From contig JADDQY010000035.1 of NCBI GenBank assembly GCA_016781135.1, positions 17,764-81,763 of the forward strand: DNA of 64,000 bases. Direction: 5' to 3'. Numbering within the stretch: position 1 is the first letter of the stretch; every line of letters begins with the position of its first letter. Positions 62,576 to 64,000 of the stretch are shown one piece after another. The notes beneath the pieces were generated by a model. It did not search any database and was not told where the DNA came from. It worked only from the letters and a program-made list of their open reading frames with translations. Origin of the DNA: Actinomycetota bacterium (GTDB taxonomy: Bacteria > Actinomycetota > Acidimicrobiia > Acidimicrobiales > CADCSY01). The translations under genes and the position numbers were made by a program.

Positions 62576-64000
<1,425 letters not shown>

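Overview
This is a very GC-rich segment (over 70% G+C by eye, not computed), with strong GC3 bias, of the type seen in actinobacterial chromosomes. It is gene-dense and looks like core metabolism rather than an accessory island. I recognised no rRNA, tRNA, CRISPR array, integrase or transposase.

Gene content in order:
- cofC fragment, gpsA, rpiB, a sigma-70 factor, a TauE-like exporter and a family-5 uracil-DNA glycosylase.
- The conserved actinobacterial trio (MSMEG_4193-type phosphatase, DUF3090, SCO1664-family kinase-like) plus an extra translationally coupled gene.
- Fur-family regulator, DUF169 protein, a HemD-like gene.
- rex-hemA-hemC-cobA/hemD-hemB-hemL.
- Oxidative pentose-phosphate genes: pgi-gnd-zwf-(ROK remnant)-pgl.
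- A roughly 36 kb respiratory supercluster: geranylgeranyl-reductase homologue plus monoheme cytochrome c; a divergent Rieske/cytochrome b6-type operon that also encodes a 2x[4Fe-4S] ferredoxin; a complete 14-gene nuo operon; and a directly adjacent second 11-gene nuo operon lacking nuoEFG.
- A MidA/NDUFAF7-like methyltransferase, a fused membrane/spermidine-synthase-like protein, acs, and a partial H+-pyrophosphatase.

Observations most worth a second look:
1. Four small ORFs exactly bridge unusual intergenic spacers inside the nuo operons, with stop/start overlaps at both ends. These are candidate translational relays.
2. The bc/b6-type operon has a ferredoxin and unassigned membrane subunits, and sits next to a complex I that lacks its NADH module.
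3. A 1.16 kb insertion between nuoK and nuoL contains a multiply frameshifted DUF2510 membrane gene.
4. Rex-operator-like sites occur at the rex, bc and second-nuo promoters.
5. An NDUFAF7/MidA homologue lies directly downstream of the second nuo operon.

All family assignments rest on motif recognition by eye. No BLAST, HMM or folding was run. Start codons are often uncertain, and many long ORFs in the track are off-frame or antisense GC artefacts.
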